From: Psammoneis japonica | Lineage: Eukaryota | DNA length: 64,000 bases | Assembly: GCA_008632985.1 (NCBI GenBank) | Contig: QPGO01000133.1 | Location: 124,001 to 188,000 of the forward strand | Direction of reading: 5' to 3' | Shown: in pieces, positions 1 through 11,820 of the stretch | Numbering within the stretch: position 1 is the stretch's first letter | How the letters are laid out: every line of letters begins with the position of its first letter | The notes under the pieces: model-generated | Databases searched by the model: none | The model's input: the letters and a program-made list of their open reading frames with translations, nothing else | What the model was told of the DNA's origin: nothing | Position numbers and translations under genes: made by a program

Positions 1-34
1 AACAATCTGCCCATCGCTTGAAATAGATTGCGAC

Positions 35-1408
35 ATGACGAACGGGGAAAGCGGGCAAAGAAATCGGATCATGAATTGGCGTGTGTTGAGGTTTGCGATT
101 TTGATGATTCTTTGTTATCATTTACTAGACACGAGCGAAAGCCTCTTCCACTCGTTTATTCCAAAGATCGTTGGCGAACCGGAACTGAAAGCATCGCAAG
201 AAAATTATTTGCTTGCCAGCGATAATGTTCACCAACTGCCAGAGGCTCTTCTACCCGTCACTTTTTCAGGCTGTTGCAGCGGGCACAAATCGGATTGGAA
301 AGCAACATGCCTCACGGAGAAAGCTTGCAATGCCTCCTATTATCCATTTTCATCCCCGGAAGAGGCGTCTTATTTTCGCAGATTGGAACTAAGCAGAAAC
401 GAGTCGCTGTCGTTGAGACGAAAATGTCATGAATACGCGGAGAGAAAACCTCCTCCTACGCGGTGGTCGTGTTCGTCAGAGAAATTGCCGGCAGACGAGA
501 AATATCCGATGGGTTGTAGCATGATCTCCATGGGCGGTGGTTCAGGGCCTTATGACCGTGTTTTGGTATTTCCGCAAGGAAAACTGGCATTTTGTGGGAT
601 CCCAAAAGCCGGAATCACGCAGTGGCTTCAGTTTCTGCGCTTCACCTATGGCGCAAAGGATTACCTAAGTGTGCCATATTTCAAAGTAGACGTGGACTAT
701 TCCAGGCTCGACGTTATGACCGAAGAAGCGAAGGACGAAATTTGGAGAGGAAAATCGTGGACGAAGGCTATCTTTATTCGTAACCCGGCTGAACGTTTAT
801 TGTCTGGGTATCTCGACAAGATTGATCAAGCGAATGTTACCTTCGCAGAGTTCGTCGATATTCTTGCAATGAAGAACATTACCAGACTTGATGAAACGCC
901 CGGCAAATTGAATGGCATGTTTACTGGGCTGACATGGCTAACTGATCCACACTTTAGACCGCAAGCTTGGGCATGTGGATTGTCTGAGGAATTGGACACG
1001 TTTCATTATGTCGCGTCAATGGACCGTGTCGACTTCCATACGAAGGCATTGCTGCAGCAAGTGAATATGTGGGAGTCCTTTGGAAGACATTATCGTTTGT
1101 CAAGTAAGAAAATAAGTGCAAAAAATGTACCATGGGCAATGTGGCCTCCTGAACTCCAGCAGCAACAAGATGAGGAAGCAGAAATAGGTTTCCAGCAACA
1201 TCAGGTTGGCAAGATTACCGACGCGGCGACAAGGCACAACACTGGTGCAACAAGCAAGATAAATGAATATTATACTCCAGAGCTTATGAAGAGGGTGAGA
1301 GATGTTTATTGGATGGACTTTGCTTTGTGGGACGCACTGCAAGAGGCAGACAAGGAAGGCCTTGTACACGGCAAAGACGTTGCAAAGAAACTGAACCCAA
1401 ATTGTTGA
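35..1408 (+). CDS. Carbohydrate sulfotransferase (Sulfotransfer_2-like), type II membrane protein, copy 1
   Basis: 457-aa ORF. It has an N-terminal hydrophobic anchor, a 5'-PSB-like FCGIPKAGITQW, a 3'-PB-like IFIRNPAERLLSGYLDK, DPHFRPQ and a C-terminal YWMDFALW. Confidence 0.85.
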   Translation: MTNGESGQRNRIMNWRVLRFAILMILCYHLLDTSESLFHSFIPKIVGEPELKASQENYLLASDNVHQLPEALLPVTFSGCCSGHKSDWKATCLTEKACNASYYPFSSPEEASYFRRLELSRNESLSLRRKCHEYAERKPPPTRWSCSSEKLPADEKYPMGCSMISMGGGSGPYDRVLVFPQGKLAFCGIPKAGITQWLQFLRFTYGAKDYLSVPYFKVDVDYSRLDVMTEEAKDEIWRGKSWTKAIFIRNPAERLLSGYLDKIDQANVTFAEFVDILAMKNITRLDETPGKLNGMFTGLTWLTDPHFRPQAWACGLSEELDTFHYVASMDRVDFHTKALLQQVNMWESFGRHYRLSSKKISAKNVPWAMWPPELQQQQDEEAEIGFQQHQVGKITDAATRHNTGATSKINEYYTPELMKRVRDVYWMDFALWDALQEADKEGLVHGKDVAKKLNPNC

Positions 1409-1714
1409 ATGCAAGAGTGAACGTTTCGCATTGTTTACTCCTTCGTTTCGCTAGCTTTAATTTACTTGAGGTTGACTCGTTTTCTTTGATCATGCTTTCA
1501 CTGATGTCGACTAAGGCGTTGCTGTTCTTGCAGCTTTAGCCTTGTTTCCAGAACAACAAGAACTGTGCTGCTGTGCCAAGACCAGCTTTCACAAAAGCTG
1601 TGCCGATGTCAAACTGTTGTTGTTTTTACATTGTTTTGTGTCATCGGAGAACATGAAAGTGGTCTTCAAGCAGAGTCTCAAACACTCACTTCTTCAAATG
1701 GCATGGCGTGCATC

Positions 1715-1885
1715 CCTGAACTCAGCCACGATCAGCACGAAACTCGAAGGGTCCACAAGTCATGCATTTAAAATGACTGATGAAACCTGCAGATGGCACC
1801 CCTGCCAACAACATGAGTTGAGGTAATGTGGCATTGGAAATTCCTCCAATCCCAGCAACACCCATCGGCGCCACCTCAGATTGGG
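1715..1885 (-). pseudogene. Possible Pif1/Helitron-type helicase relic
   Basis: Minus strand reads VAPMGVAGIGGISNATL (compare Pif1 motif Ia APTGVAA..I.G.TL; T->M fits ACG->ATG). About 45 codons later, in another frame, it reads VLIVAEF (compare Walker B LIVDE). Weak evidence. Confidence 0.3.
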
Positions 1886-4458
1886 GCATTGGGGCACATT
1901 TTTCTCTCTTTTTCATTTGGCCCTTTTTTGTGGCAAGTTTTTTGTTTTCTGAAACATCTTTTACAGCATGTTGTTTGGATTTGGAAAAAAATGACAGGAG
2001 TGGTGCAGAGTGGGGAAAATGATGATGATGCAGGGCATGTTGGCCCACTTGTGTGTGTCCTTGAAAAGGACAGATGCCCCATGCTTGCCCCCTGCTTTTT
2101 GACTGCCTGAATGACTGTTGAAGCACAGAGCATGGCTTGACATCATTTGCACAATTGTGCATGTGTGCAGCCCAATGCCAGTGACAAATGTGGGTGTGTG
2201 TTGCTCTTGCCAAAGAGCTTGCTTCTCATGTGCGATGCTCCATTGCAGGAATGTTGAAATGAGTGCTCACACACAAATGATGATCCAGCAATGACTCCCT
2301 TGGCTGTGTGCAATTGTTTCCATGCAAAGGCATGCATGTGTGGCAACCAAAACCCCAGCAGCAGCTCAACCTCTTTCGTGGGTGGTTGGATGCCAAGTGC
2401 TCACAACACTTGTGGACCCAATCCAGGAGTCACAAAAAAACCTTTTCAGACAACAGTTCTTGGGCCAGGGACAAGTGCGCTTTGGCCCCAGCTCAAGACT
2501 TTTGCTGGCTTGATTCTTCCAATTTCCCTTGGCCAGGCTTCCAGAGCTGAGATTTTTTTGGTTTTTGCCAGGAGTGTGTCCCACTTTTTCTTGTGAATTG
2601 TGAAAGAAAGCCTCGCGCTTGCTTTTCTTTGCCAAAGTCACATGAGAGCCAACCAACAACAAGCCACCCCCATCTTTGCACTTCTCTTGCTTGCACAGGC
2701 AATGTGCCAAACAAAAAATGCCTTGTCAGATGACATGTGCAAAGCAGCCCTTTTGAACAAATTGACCAACAAGTTTTCAGCAGCACGCCTCTCCTTGCAA
2801 ACAAAGAGCCACTGAGCAGAGCAGCCCAATGCATTGGCTGAGCTTGGCAATTTTATGACCAACGGTTGGCAAGCAGGCATCAAAAGTTTAGACAGCACTT
2901 GCTTTGGGTTGCATTTGCAGAAGCAGCAGCAGCATGTTCAAGCAGCTTTTGTCCCAGATGACGACCTTCAAAGGCAGGTTTCCAAAGCCAAAGCTTTCAA
3001 TTTTGTGCTGCCCTTGTCAGCCCCTTGCACTGAGCTTTGTCTCTTTTGAGAGGGAAGACATCACAGCCTTGTGCATTGCATGTGTGTCTTGAGCTGCTCA
3101 TGGATTGACTTGGCAATGTGAGTCTCTACAAACACCACAAGAATCTTTTCCAACTCAATCTCTGCCTGCAGTTGACTGGGAGGTTTCTGAAGTTGTCACA
3201 ATTGACACAACATTGACCACAGCTTCAGCAGGGTTGCCAGTGACCAAAAGGGTGCCTCCTTTGGCTGCTTTGTCTTGTTCTCTCACACTGTCTTCTGGCC
3301 ATTTAAGAGCTGAAAGGGCTTGCCACCCAGTGTGCAGTCAAAAGCCCCCCCCCCAAACCTTTGTGGGAGGAGCTGTGCTCTCATGCCAAGCTTGCACCCA
3401 CAGCTGGGGTGGAAGTTGGTGATCCCACTGTGTGCCTGTGCTGGGATCAACACAAATGGGGCTGGTGCCATGCTTGCAGATGAGAATGAACTTGCACTGC
3501 ACTCAGAGGATTCAGCACACCAGTTTTCTTTTTGTGCAGACAGCGCAGAAGGCAACAATCTTGTGGTGAGCAGTGGCGCTGGGGCTGCTCAGAGAGATCC
3601 GTTTTTGCCAAAGGTTGCCTCTGATGGAGGAAAAGCAAGAGAAGAAGTGAGAAGTTGCAAGCGTTTTGTCAAAGAAAAGCCATTTTGAGAGGGACCATGC
3701 AGTGTCCCAAGTGTGCAAAAGAGATGAACAAGCAGTGCGGTCTGCACCCAGTCATGAGAACATTGTGCAATGCAGGCTGGCAACTCAATCCATTGGCTGC
3801 AAAGATCATGTGTGACTGCCTCAAAACACTGAGCCCAACAGAGCTGGAGAGAGGGGGGGGAACCAGCATTGCAGGTCAGTGCCTCAACATTGCACATGAA
3901 AGGGGTGCCAAGTGATGCCCTTTCACATCACACTGCATTCAGGTTGGCACCATCACACTTGAACGTTGATGTGAAAAAGTGAGGTGGTTGCTCTGGCCCT
4001 TCAACTGTTCTCCCCAACTTGTTGTGTAAGTTTGTTTGCTGTTGGGACCAACAATGTCAGCAGTTTTGTGTCCTCAGACTGCCCAGCAAAGGTCACACTG
4101 CACTGTGGAAAGAGCTGCTGGTGTCATTTCACTGAAAGTGGGAGATGACTGAGGGGGCTTCCAAAACACTGGGAAGGAGTTTGACATCAATGATGCCCTC
4201 CATCAGAGAGCAGCAGTGCCCAGAAGATGAAGCATTGAAGCCAGTTAGAGCATGTGAAGAAGATGGGCAAAGACAACATTTGCGGCAACATCTGTTTTGG
4301 AGCACCAGCACAAGAGCTACGCACGTTGGTCTCCTGGATTGCAAAGAAACTCATTTGACAAAAATCATTGATGTGTCCACCTGTCAATTTTTGGAGAAAA
4401 GCTGTGAAGGACAGATGTGAACAGCAAAAAACTCAAGACTGGTTTGACACGCAACAGT

Positions 4459-4775
4459 GCACTCCATCTCATCGAGCAGCACTGGAAAAGGCTCAAATGA
4501 GTTGAGAACATTGCTGCAGCTGCACTGCCCCAGCAAAAAAAAAAACTCAGACAAAAGCTCAAAAAAAAGGTGAAGAGGAGGCTCAACTTGACAGACAAAC
4601 TTTTCTTGCTTTGGCAGCACTCCATCTAATCGAGCAGCGCTGGAAAAGGCTCAAATGAGTTGAGAAAATTGCTGCAGCTGCACTGCCCCAGCAAAAAAAA
4701 AGCTCAAACAAGAGCTTGAAAAAAGGTGAAGAGGAGGCTCAACTTGACAGACAAACTTTTCTTGCTTTGGCAGCA
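4459..4775. repeat. Tandem direct duplication, ~158-bp unit x2
   Basis: gcactccatct...ttttcttgctttggcagca starts at 4459 and again at 4617, near-identical. Confidence 0.9.
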
Positions 4776-5663
4776 GCATGCTGACAAAACTGGCACATTG
4801 AAGCAATCTGCTGTCAAGATCGCTCAACAGAAGGGGGTGGGTGCTCAAAAGCCCAGCCCGGCTCTCTTGAAAATGACTGCTCATTTCTAATGAATGAGAC
4901 AATGCCCCCCAAGCAACAGTGGCAGCTCAGCTGGAGGAGATGTTCTCAGCAAGAGTGGCGCCAATGACACAAAGTCGACACCCTGGGAGCGAGCTGTGCA
5001 GCTTTTGTTCCTTTTTTTGTTGTGGGCTGGCTGTCTCTTCCACGGCATCCACGTCTGACTGTGCTCCCTGCCAGCAATTGGAATCAGGTTAGTTGGGCTC
5101 AGGTTGAGGTGGCAGGAATGGACTGAAGCCCAAAACATGTGCAGACAGACCGCCAGTGCAACTCTCCTCATTGCAAGTGGCAACACCCAATTTCCTGGAG
5201 CAAAAGGTGAGAGAAAAAGACTTTGAAAATGTGGGGTGGACACAAATCTTTTGACACACATGGCAAATGTTGCCAAGGGGTGGGAGACTCCAATGAGACA
5301 AAGAAATTTGTTCAGGCAAATAACGACGTCTGCACAGAAGTTGCTGTCCCACAGCACGATGATTCGTCCGGGCTTGTGTTCAACGCTCGTCGTGCGTCCC
5401 GCCGCAAATTCCGTTCGTGCGTTCAACGGTCGAACTTTTTATACCGTCACTTATGTTACATAATTGTGTCGAAATAAACGGATGTCTGTCCAACATACGG
5501 CACCCGTAGACGTACAGTAACGTCGAATTTTGAAATTGTGGCGAATGCTCCTGCGGCGAAGAGCAAAGAGCTGAAGACCCACAGGAAAGGTTCGTTCACG
5601 GCATATCATCAACAACATAACAGCATCGTAACTATCAGCCCATCGCTTGAAGCAGATAGCGAC

Positions 5664-7054
5664 ATGACGAACGGGGAAAGCAGGCATAGAAATCGGATCT
5701 TGAATTGGAGTATGTTGAGGTTTGTGATTTTGATTGTTCTTTGTTTTTATTTACTATACACGAACGAAAGCCTCTTCCACTCGTTCATTCCAAAGATCAT
5801 TGGGGAACCGGAACTGGAAGCATCGCAAGGCAATTATTTGTTTGACAGAGATAAAATTCACGAAAGTGCACCATTTGAAGCAGAACTGCCAGAGGCTCTT
5901 TTACCCGTCACATTTTCCGGCTGTTGCAGTGGGCCTAAAACGGGTTGGCATGCAACATGCTTTACAGAGAAAGCGTGCAATGTTTCCTATTATCCATTTT
6001 CATCCCCAAAAGAGGCGTCTTACTTTCGAAAGTGGGAACTAAGCAGAAATGAGTCACATATATTGAGACAGAAATGCCGTGAATACGCGGAGGGAAACCG
6101 CCTCCTACACGGTGGTGTTCGTCGGAGATATTGCCGACAGACGAGAAATATCCAATGGGTTGTAGCATTATCTCCATGGGCGCTGGTTCAGGACCTTATG
6201 ACCGTGCTTTGGTATTTCCGCAAGGAAAGCTGGTATTTTGTGGGATCCCTAAAGCCGGAATCACGCAGTGGCTTCAGTTTCTGCGCTTCACTTATGGCGC
6301 GAAGGATTACTTGAGTGTGCCATATATCAAATTAGACCTTGACTATTCCAGGCTCGACGTTATGACCGAAGAAGTGAAGGACGAAATTTGGAGAGGCAAA
6401 TCGTGGACGAAGGCGATCTTTATTCGTAACCCTGCCGAACGTTTATTGTCAGGGTATCTCGACAAGATTGGTCCAGCCAATGTGACCTTCACAGAGTTCG
6501 TCGACTTTCTTGCAATGAAGAACATTACCAGACAGAATTCAACAAACGACCAATTAAAAGGCATGTACACGGGGCTGTCATGGCAAACTGATCCACACTT
6601 TAGACCACAAGCTTGGGCATGCGGATTGTCTGAGGAACTGGACACGTTTCATTACGTCGCGTCAATGGACCGTGTCGACTTCCATACGAAGGCCTTGCTG
6701 CAGCAAGTGAATATGTGGGAGTCCTTTGGAAGGCATTATCGTATGACAAGTAATGAAACAAGCTCAAAAAATGAACCATGGGCAATGTGGCCTCCTGAAG
6801 TCCAGCAACAGCAAGACGAGGAAGTAGTATTAGGTTTCCAGCAACATCAGGTTGGCGAGATTACCGACTCGGCGACAAGGCACAACACTGGTGCAACAAG
6901 CAAGATGAAAGAATATTATACTCCAGAGCTTATGAAGAGGGTGCGAGAAGTTTATTGGATGGACTTTGCTTTGTGGGATGCACTGCAAGAGGCCGACAAG
7001 GAAGGCCTTGTACACGGCAAAGACATTGCAAAGAAACTGAACCCAAATTGCTGA
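5664..7054 (+). CDS. Carbohydrate sulfotransferase, copy 2 (tandem paralog; 1-bp frameshift at ~6095)
   Basis: Collinear with 35..1408 from MTNGES to KKLNPNC. ORFs 5538..6314 and 6131..7054 join if one A is added in gggaaaccg (copy 1 has agaaaacct). Confidence 0.85.
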
Positions 7055-7199
7055 AATAGTGAACGTTCGCATTGTTTTCCCCTCGTTTCACTAGCTTTTT
7101 TTTGCTTGAGGCTGACTCGCTCTCTTTGACCATTCAATGTCTGACGCGGACTAAAGAGTTGTTCATTCTCGCACTTAGGCCTTTTTTGACAATGACAAG

Positions 7200-8860
7200 A
7201 ACTGTGCTGCTGCACTCGGACCAGCTTTCACAAAGATGTGCCGATGTCAAACTAGTTGTTGCTTCTAAATCGTTTTGCATGAGATTGGAACTTTGAGTGC
7301 ACAGTCAATGGCGGAGACACATTTTGTGTCAACCTGCAACAAATTGACACACATCCTGGTGAAACTCATCTCTTGACACAAAAAAGGAGCAATGATGTTG
7401 AGCCCCCCAGCAACCAAAAAAAAGATGTGCTCTTGCCTTCCAGCTCCTCCTTCTTCCAAGGAACCTTGACCTTCATCATTGCTTTGCCAGCAGCAAAAGA
7501 AGTGCAAACATTCAGAACTTGCCATTTCTTGATCAAATTGCAGCATTTCATCTACCCTCTTGGGCAAAAAACTTGGCTGTGAGAGCTGTTTGCCAGCACT
7601 TGTCAACTCTGAACCCTTGGGTGTGGTTTGGCTGTGCTTTCTCTCTTGCCCTAAAATGACACATCTGCCAAGCAAGTGCTGCAGCTTTCACTGACCCTTT
7701 TTGCAGCAGCACACTCAGCAACTTCAAAAAGGGTCAGATTTTTTTTGAATTTTTGAGTTTGACCTGTGTGACATGTTCTGCAGCTGCGGTGTGATTCTTT
7801 GCTGACAACAAACCCTTTCACCCAGAAACCTCTTTCTTCTCCAAGCTGCCCTTGGTTGATGCCACATCAGGCAATTTTTTGTGATGTTGGGCTTCATGCA
7901 GAACCAAGTGCTGGCTGCCATCGCTCTGTGTGTTGGCCTGTGCTGCAGATGCACACAAAAGAGAATGAATTTTTGGCAACAACACATGGTGTTTTGGCTG
8001 TGTGCACATTTTTGCCTGCATCAGACAATGGACTCTGACATTTGGTGCTGACTGGCCACCTCTCTTGCTGTCCTTGAGAGCTTGCTTTGTGACAACTCTG
8101 TGCACAGAAATGCCTCATCTGCAAGTGCGCTGATGTGAAAGTGGGTTTTGTGCATGTGATCTTGCGCACGCTGGTGTGCCCTCCCACTTGCAACACACAA
8201 GCTCATGCTTCACACTTTCGTGAGTTGCTTTCTTGTCATGTTGCAAACTTTCAAACTCAACACACAAGGAAAAAGCCCTTGTGACTGGATCCAAACGTTT
8301 GCTTGTTGACAGCAATGCCCTGTGATGAGTGAGAAGCCATGTGTGCTGCAACAGTGCTCCTGGGTCGGCACATGCAGGAGACCCAGCAGCAGCTGAAATC
8401 ACTTCTGCCACAAAGAAATGGCAAGGCTGGACTGAAAGAATCTTCTTCTCAGATGTCCAGCCGCGACTTTGTCACACCTTTTCATCTCATCATGGCTTTT
8501 TTGCCTTGCTTGAGTGTGCTCCACAAGAAAAACCAAAAGCAACGTTGCTTGCCATCCACAAACCTGTTGATGCATGTCTGACGTTTGATTGATGCACAAA
8601 GAATGAAAAAAAAACATGACAATTTGGTGGACGGACACAGGATCGTCCAAATTAGTCGCCATGGTTGCGCATGTTCAATGTGTTGGTGATAGCTCAAATG
8701 CAGATGCATTGACGCGGTGCGCAGCGCGCCGTTCACAACACCTTGCACCTTGCCGCATTCTTGCTTCGCGATGCATTCATCAATCCCTCTCGGCTATGTG
8801 CTGGGTGCAACCTGCTTGTGCGTTGCCACCATTTAGACTAAAACTGGCCAGACAGACAAC
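7200..8860. mobile_element. Degenerate TpA/CpG-depleted domain 2
   Basis: Same composition as domain 1. The right edge (8620-8860) keeps CpG but is still TA-poor. Confidence 0.6.
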
Positions 8861-8918
8861 ATTGGCAATTGCAATCATCCCTTTTCTGGATCGCAACGAT
8901 TCAATTATAGCATCCATC

Positions 8919-9791
8919 ATGTCAGACTCCAAGGACTTGGCATCCAACGAAGAACAAGAACCCGACTATTGTCGGAAAATCAAACTCGTCTATGGTGGCT
9001 TTGCTCGATCCGGCACGGCCTCGTTAAAGCAAGCACTCCAACGGTTGGGTTACAATGCCTGTCATGGTTTTGACATCATGGGAAACATCATGGGCAGTCA
9101 TGGCAATCTCACGCTGGCTATCATCCAACAGGACGTACAACAAATTTTGAAAGAAACGACATTGGCGGGTGACTACAATGCGACATTGGAATTACACGGT
9201 CTCTATTGGAGAGAAATTCGACAAGTGTGTCCCTCGACGAAGTTTCTCTTGGTGATTCGAGACTATAGAAAGTGGGAACACTCGGTATCCACCTTGTATG
9301 CAGCCGTCCAACCCCTGTTTCGATATCCCTTAAGGTTGCTACCACCCATTGATCGAGCCTTTCAGCTGACCGCAAGTCAAGTCATGTACAGTATACCAAG
9401 CATTACAACCCTGCAACAAGCTCGACAGCACATGTGGCATCCAAATGATCCTAAGAATGTAGAGGCACGGAAACAAGTCTATTTAGAGTTTGTCCAGGAT
9501 GCGCAACAATTTGCCCAAGCACAACCGCATCGAGCACTCGTGTATTATCTCGGAGAAGGCTATCAACCACTGTGTGACTTTTTAAACATTACAACTAATT
9601 GTCCAACAGAAGACTTTCCTCATGTCAATTCGGCCATGTCGGTGCGAATGCTGTACAGCATGTTTAATGTGTTGGAAGTAGTCATGATTGGTTTGGCAAT
9701 CTTGATTCCAATGGGTGTTGTGAGATTTGTATGGACAAAACAAAGAAATAAAACAACTGCCATTACCGAACCAACCAAAAAGCGAGATTAG
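8919..9791 (+). CDS. Sulfotransferase-like P-loop protein (Sulfotransfer_4-like) with C-terminal TM helix
   Basis: Motifs GGFARSGTASLKQALQRLGYNACHG, GEGYQPLCDFL and FPHVNS, plus a hydrophobic C-terminal segment. The start is placed at MSDSKD because the upstream ORF extension lies in the degenerate domain. Confidence 0.8.
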   Translation: MSDSKDLASNEEQEPDYCRKIKLVYGGFARSGTASLKQALQRLGYNACHGFDIMGNIMGSHGNLTLAIIQQDVQQILKETTLAGDYNATLELHGLYWREIRQVCPSTKFLLVIRDYRKWEHSVSTLYAAVQPLFRYPLRLLPPIDRAFQLTASQVMYSIPSITTLQQARQHMWHPNDPKNVEARKQVYLEFVQDAQQFAQAQPHRALVYYLGEGYQPLCDFLNITTNCPTEDFPHVNSAMSVRMLYSMFNVLEVVMIGLAILIPMGVVRFVWTKQRNKTTAITEPTKKRD

Positions 9792-9961
9792 AAAAAGAAA
9801 ACAGGAGATATACGTTTTGGATCGATTGATTGGATGATCCCAACTCATCAACCAATATACCAGCGTCAGAAACAGCTGCAATCATGTACTATTATCCTAA
9901 TTTTAATCTTTCTAGCATCCTGTATCTTGCTTGTTTCGCCTCTCTTGCTATAACAAAACAC

Positions 9962-11320
9962 TTAGACCGAGATCCATGCCGTTCCAACCAACGAAAAAGC
10001 ACAAAGCTGAAGAAACGACACGTTGAATGTCGTGGAACTGCTACTTGGAGCACTTGTTGATGGAGGAGGAGGAGGGGGAGTACTACTACCCCCAGGAGTA
10101 GGAGTCGACAAAGGAGGAGCAGGAGGTGGAGTACTACTGCCACCAGGAGGCGTCGGAGGAGGAGGAGGAACACCTCCCACGGGTGGTGGTGTTGGCGAAG
10201 TTACCGGTGGACTACCATCCGTCGAAACATTCATGGTTAAAAAGGTAATATCACTTTTCGTCTCGGTCACATAGGCAATAACATTGGACTGGGAGGCAAC
10301 CGACGTGATTCGACCCACCGAGGGTGCCGTTGTGACAAGAGTAGGATTGGTGGGATTTTGACTTGCATCCAACACGACAATTTGCGACGTCATGCCACCC
10401 ACGACACCACCAAAAACAACCCAACCTTGTTGGACATTGGTGGCAACCGTGACGGCTTGAAATCCAGTGGGAGCCACTCCGACAATAGATGTGGTTGTAG
10501 TGGAAGAAACGTCTTGAACCGTCATGGCACCATTGGCGGTGTACATGTATTGTGTACCACCAATCGTCAGGGCAGCATTGACTAGAGGAAAGTTGGTACT
10601 ACCCGCAATCAAACCAAATCCGATACTGTTGGGGACACGAAAGTCTTGAATCCGCGTGGGCGTATCGGAAGCTACCGATGCAATCAGTGTACCAAATCGA
10701 TTGCCTCCACCCGAAAAATCAGTCGACAGTGCTGCTGTACTGGAATCCAACATCAACACATCGGGATGACCAATGACTTGGGGCAATTCAAAGTTGAGAA
10801 TGCGTGGTAAATTAGCAATCTTGCCCGAAGTTGCATCGTAGTCATATACCGTCATGCCACCGGTCCCACCCGAAATAATGAGAGTCCCTCCAAAGGCAGA
10901 AACACCCGTAAAGGGTGACACACGAAACGACGATCCGACGCAATTGATTAAATTCAAAGTTGCATCATTCATCAATTGATAGGAACACAGCGTCGGTGGG
11001 ACATTGACCGAGAGTGCAAACACGAGCGATTCGTTGGCGGGATCAATCGCAACATCGTCCAAGGATACAACCCCGGCCGGTAAAGGAAATTCGGACGCTT
11101 GATCCTGACTACTACTACGAAGTAGGAGTCCTCCACGAGTACCTTGGGTGGCAACCGCGACTGGATTCGTGGTGCGTGTCATGGCAATGTTGGAATTCTG
11201 TGCCCTCGCAAAGAAAACATGATTGTCTTGACAAACAAGCGCGAGAACAACAGCAAACACAAACGCGAGAGGACGACGACGACCAACAACGTTGGAAATC
11301 ATGTTGCACCGAAAAATCAT
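9962..11320 (-). CDS. Secreted/cell-surface protein: beta-rich domain, Pro-rich linker, GPI-like hydrophobic tail
   Basis: 452-aa ORF. It has a signal-like LAFVFAVVLALVC, a beta-strand-rich body (possible propeller), repeated PTPPGGSSTPPP and a terminal FLQLCAFSLVGTAWISV. Confidence 0.7.
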   Translation of the reverse strand: MIFRCNMISNVVGRRRPLAFVFAVVLALVCQDNHVFFARAQNSNIAMTRTTNPVAVATQGTRGGLLLRSSSQDQASEFPLPAGVVSLDDVAIDPANESLVFALSVNVPPTLCSYQLMNDATLNLINCVGSSFRVSPFTGVSAFGGTLIISGGTGGMTVYDYDATSGKIANLPRILNFELPQVIGHPDVLMLDSSTAALSTDFSGGGNRFGTLIASVASDTPTRIQDFRVPNSIGFGLIAGSTNFPLVNAALTIGGTQYMYTANGAMTVQDVSSTTTTSIVGVAPTGFQAVTVATNVQQGWVVFGGVVGGMTSQIVVLDASQNPTNPTLVTTAPSVGRITSVASQSNVIAYVTETKSDITFLTMNVSTDGSPPVTSPTPPPVGGVPPPPPTPPGGSSTPPPAPPLSTPTPGGSSTPPPPPPSTSAPSSSSTTFNVSFLQLCAFSLVGTAWISV

Positions 11321-11820
11321 GGGAATTTCTGCTTTCCTCGATAGGAATTTATGTTGAAAGGGAATAAAACACTCGTTGTATCCTTAAAAAGAGAAATCCC
11401 AGGCATGAAACAGCACATGTATGTGTTGAATGCGGTTGAAGTAGCTCGAGCTGTGAAAGAGCACAAAGCATGATTGAAAAAGCGCGGATCGCGGATCGCA
11501 ATAACGCGCGCGCTTTGGTCGCGTCAGATCCGGGTTCCTTTAAAAACGGCTGCCGCACGCGTAATCTTGCTCATTTTTTTCAATCGCGACCATGCAAAAA
11601 CGAAAAGGATCAAAAGCAAATGCAAGAAGTGATAAATTGCGGCTTTACAAACTCGTTTGTACAGCTCAAACTTTGTCTACAATCATCTAAACTCGTTTGC
11701 TCTACACTCGCCGCAGCAGATTCGGCAAAATGAGAAGATTGTTTCGTTCCAACCATGCTTGATTCCCCAAAACATGAAACAAAACCAATAAATCTCCCCA
11801 CCCCAATAAAACATCCGAAA

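Larger units (their letters stand above)
1500..5440. mobile_element. Degenerate TpA/CpG-depleted domain 1 (probable transposon relics)
   Basis: TG/CA-rich sequence with very few TA and CG. Overlapping ORFs in all six frames are Cys/His-rich and essentially Tyr-free. Edges are approximate. Confidence 0.65.

Noticed and set aside
1500..5440. Alternative genetic code or a Cys-rich protein family as the explanation for Tyr-free ORFs
   Set aside because: The bias is frame- and strand-independent at dinucleotide level, and flanking genes use the standard code.
5664..7054. Programmed frameshifting or true pseudogene status for frameshifted genes
   Set aside because: The shifts are frequent, lack a shared slippery motif and hit a conserved enzyme (UROD); sequencing error is more parsimonious.
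7420..7460. Walker A-like GGAG-GKST on the minus strand
   Set aside because: It needs a frameshift and has no supporting downstream motifs.
8616..8918. N-terminal 101-aa extension of the sulfotransferase ORF
   Set aside because: It lies in the TA-depleted edge where stops are missing; MSDSKD at 8919 is the more plausible start.
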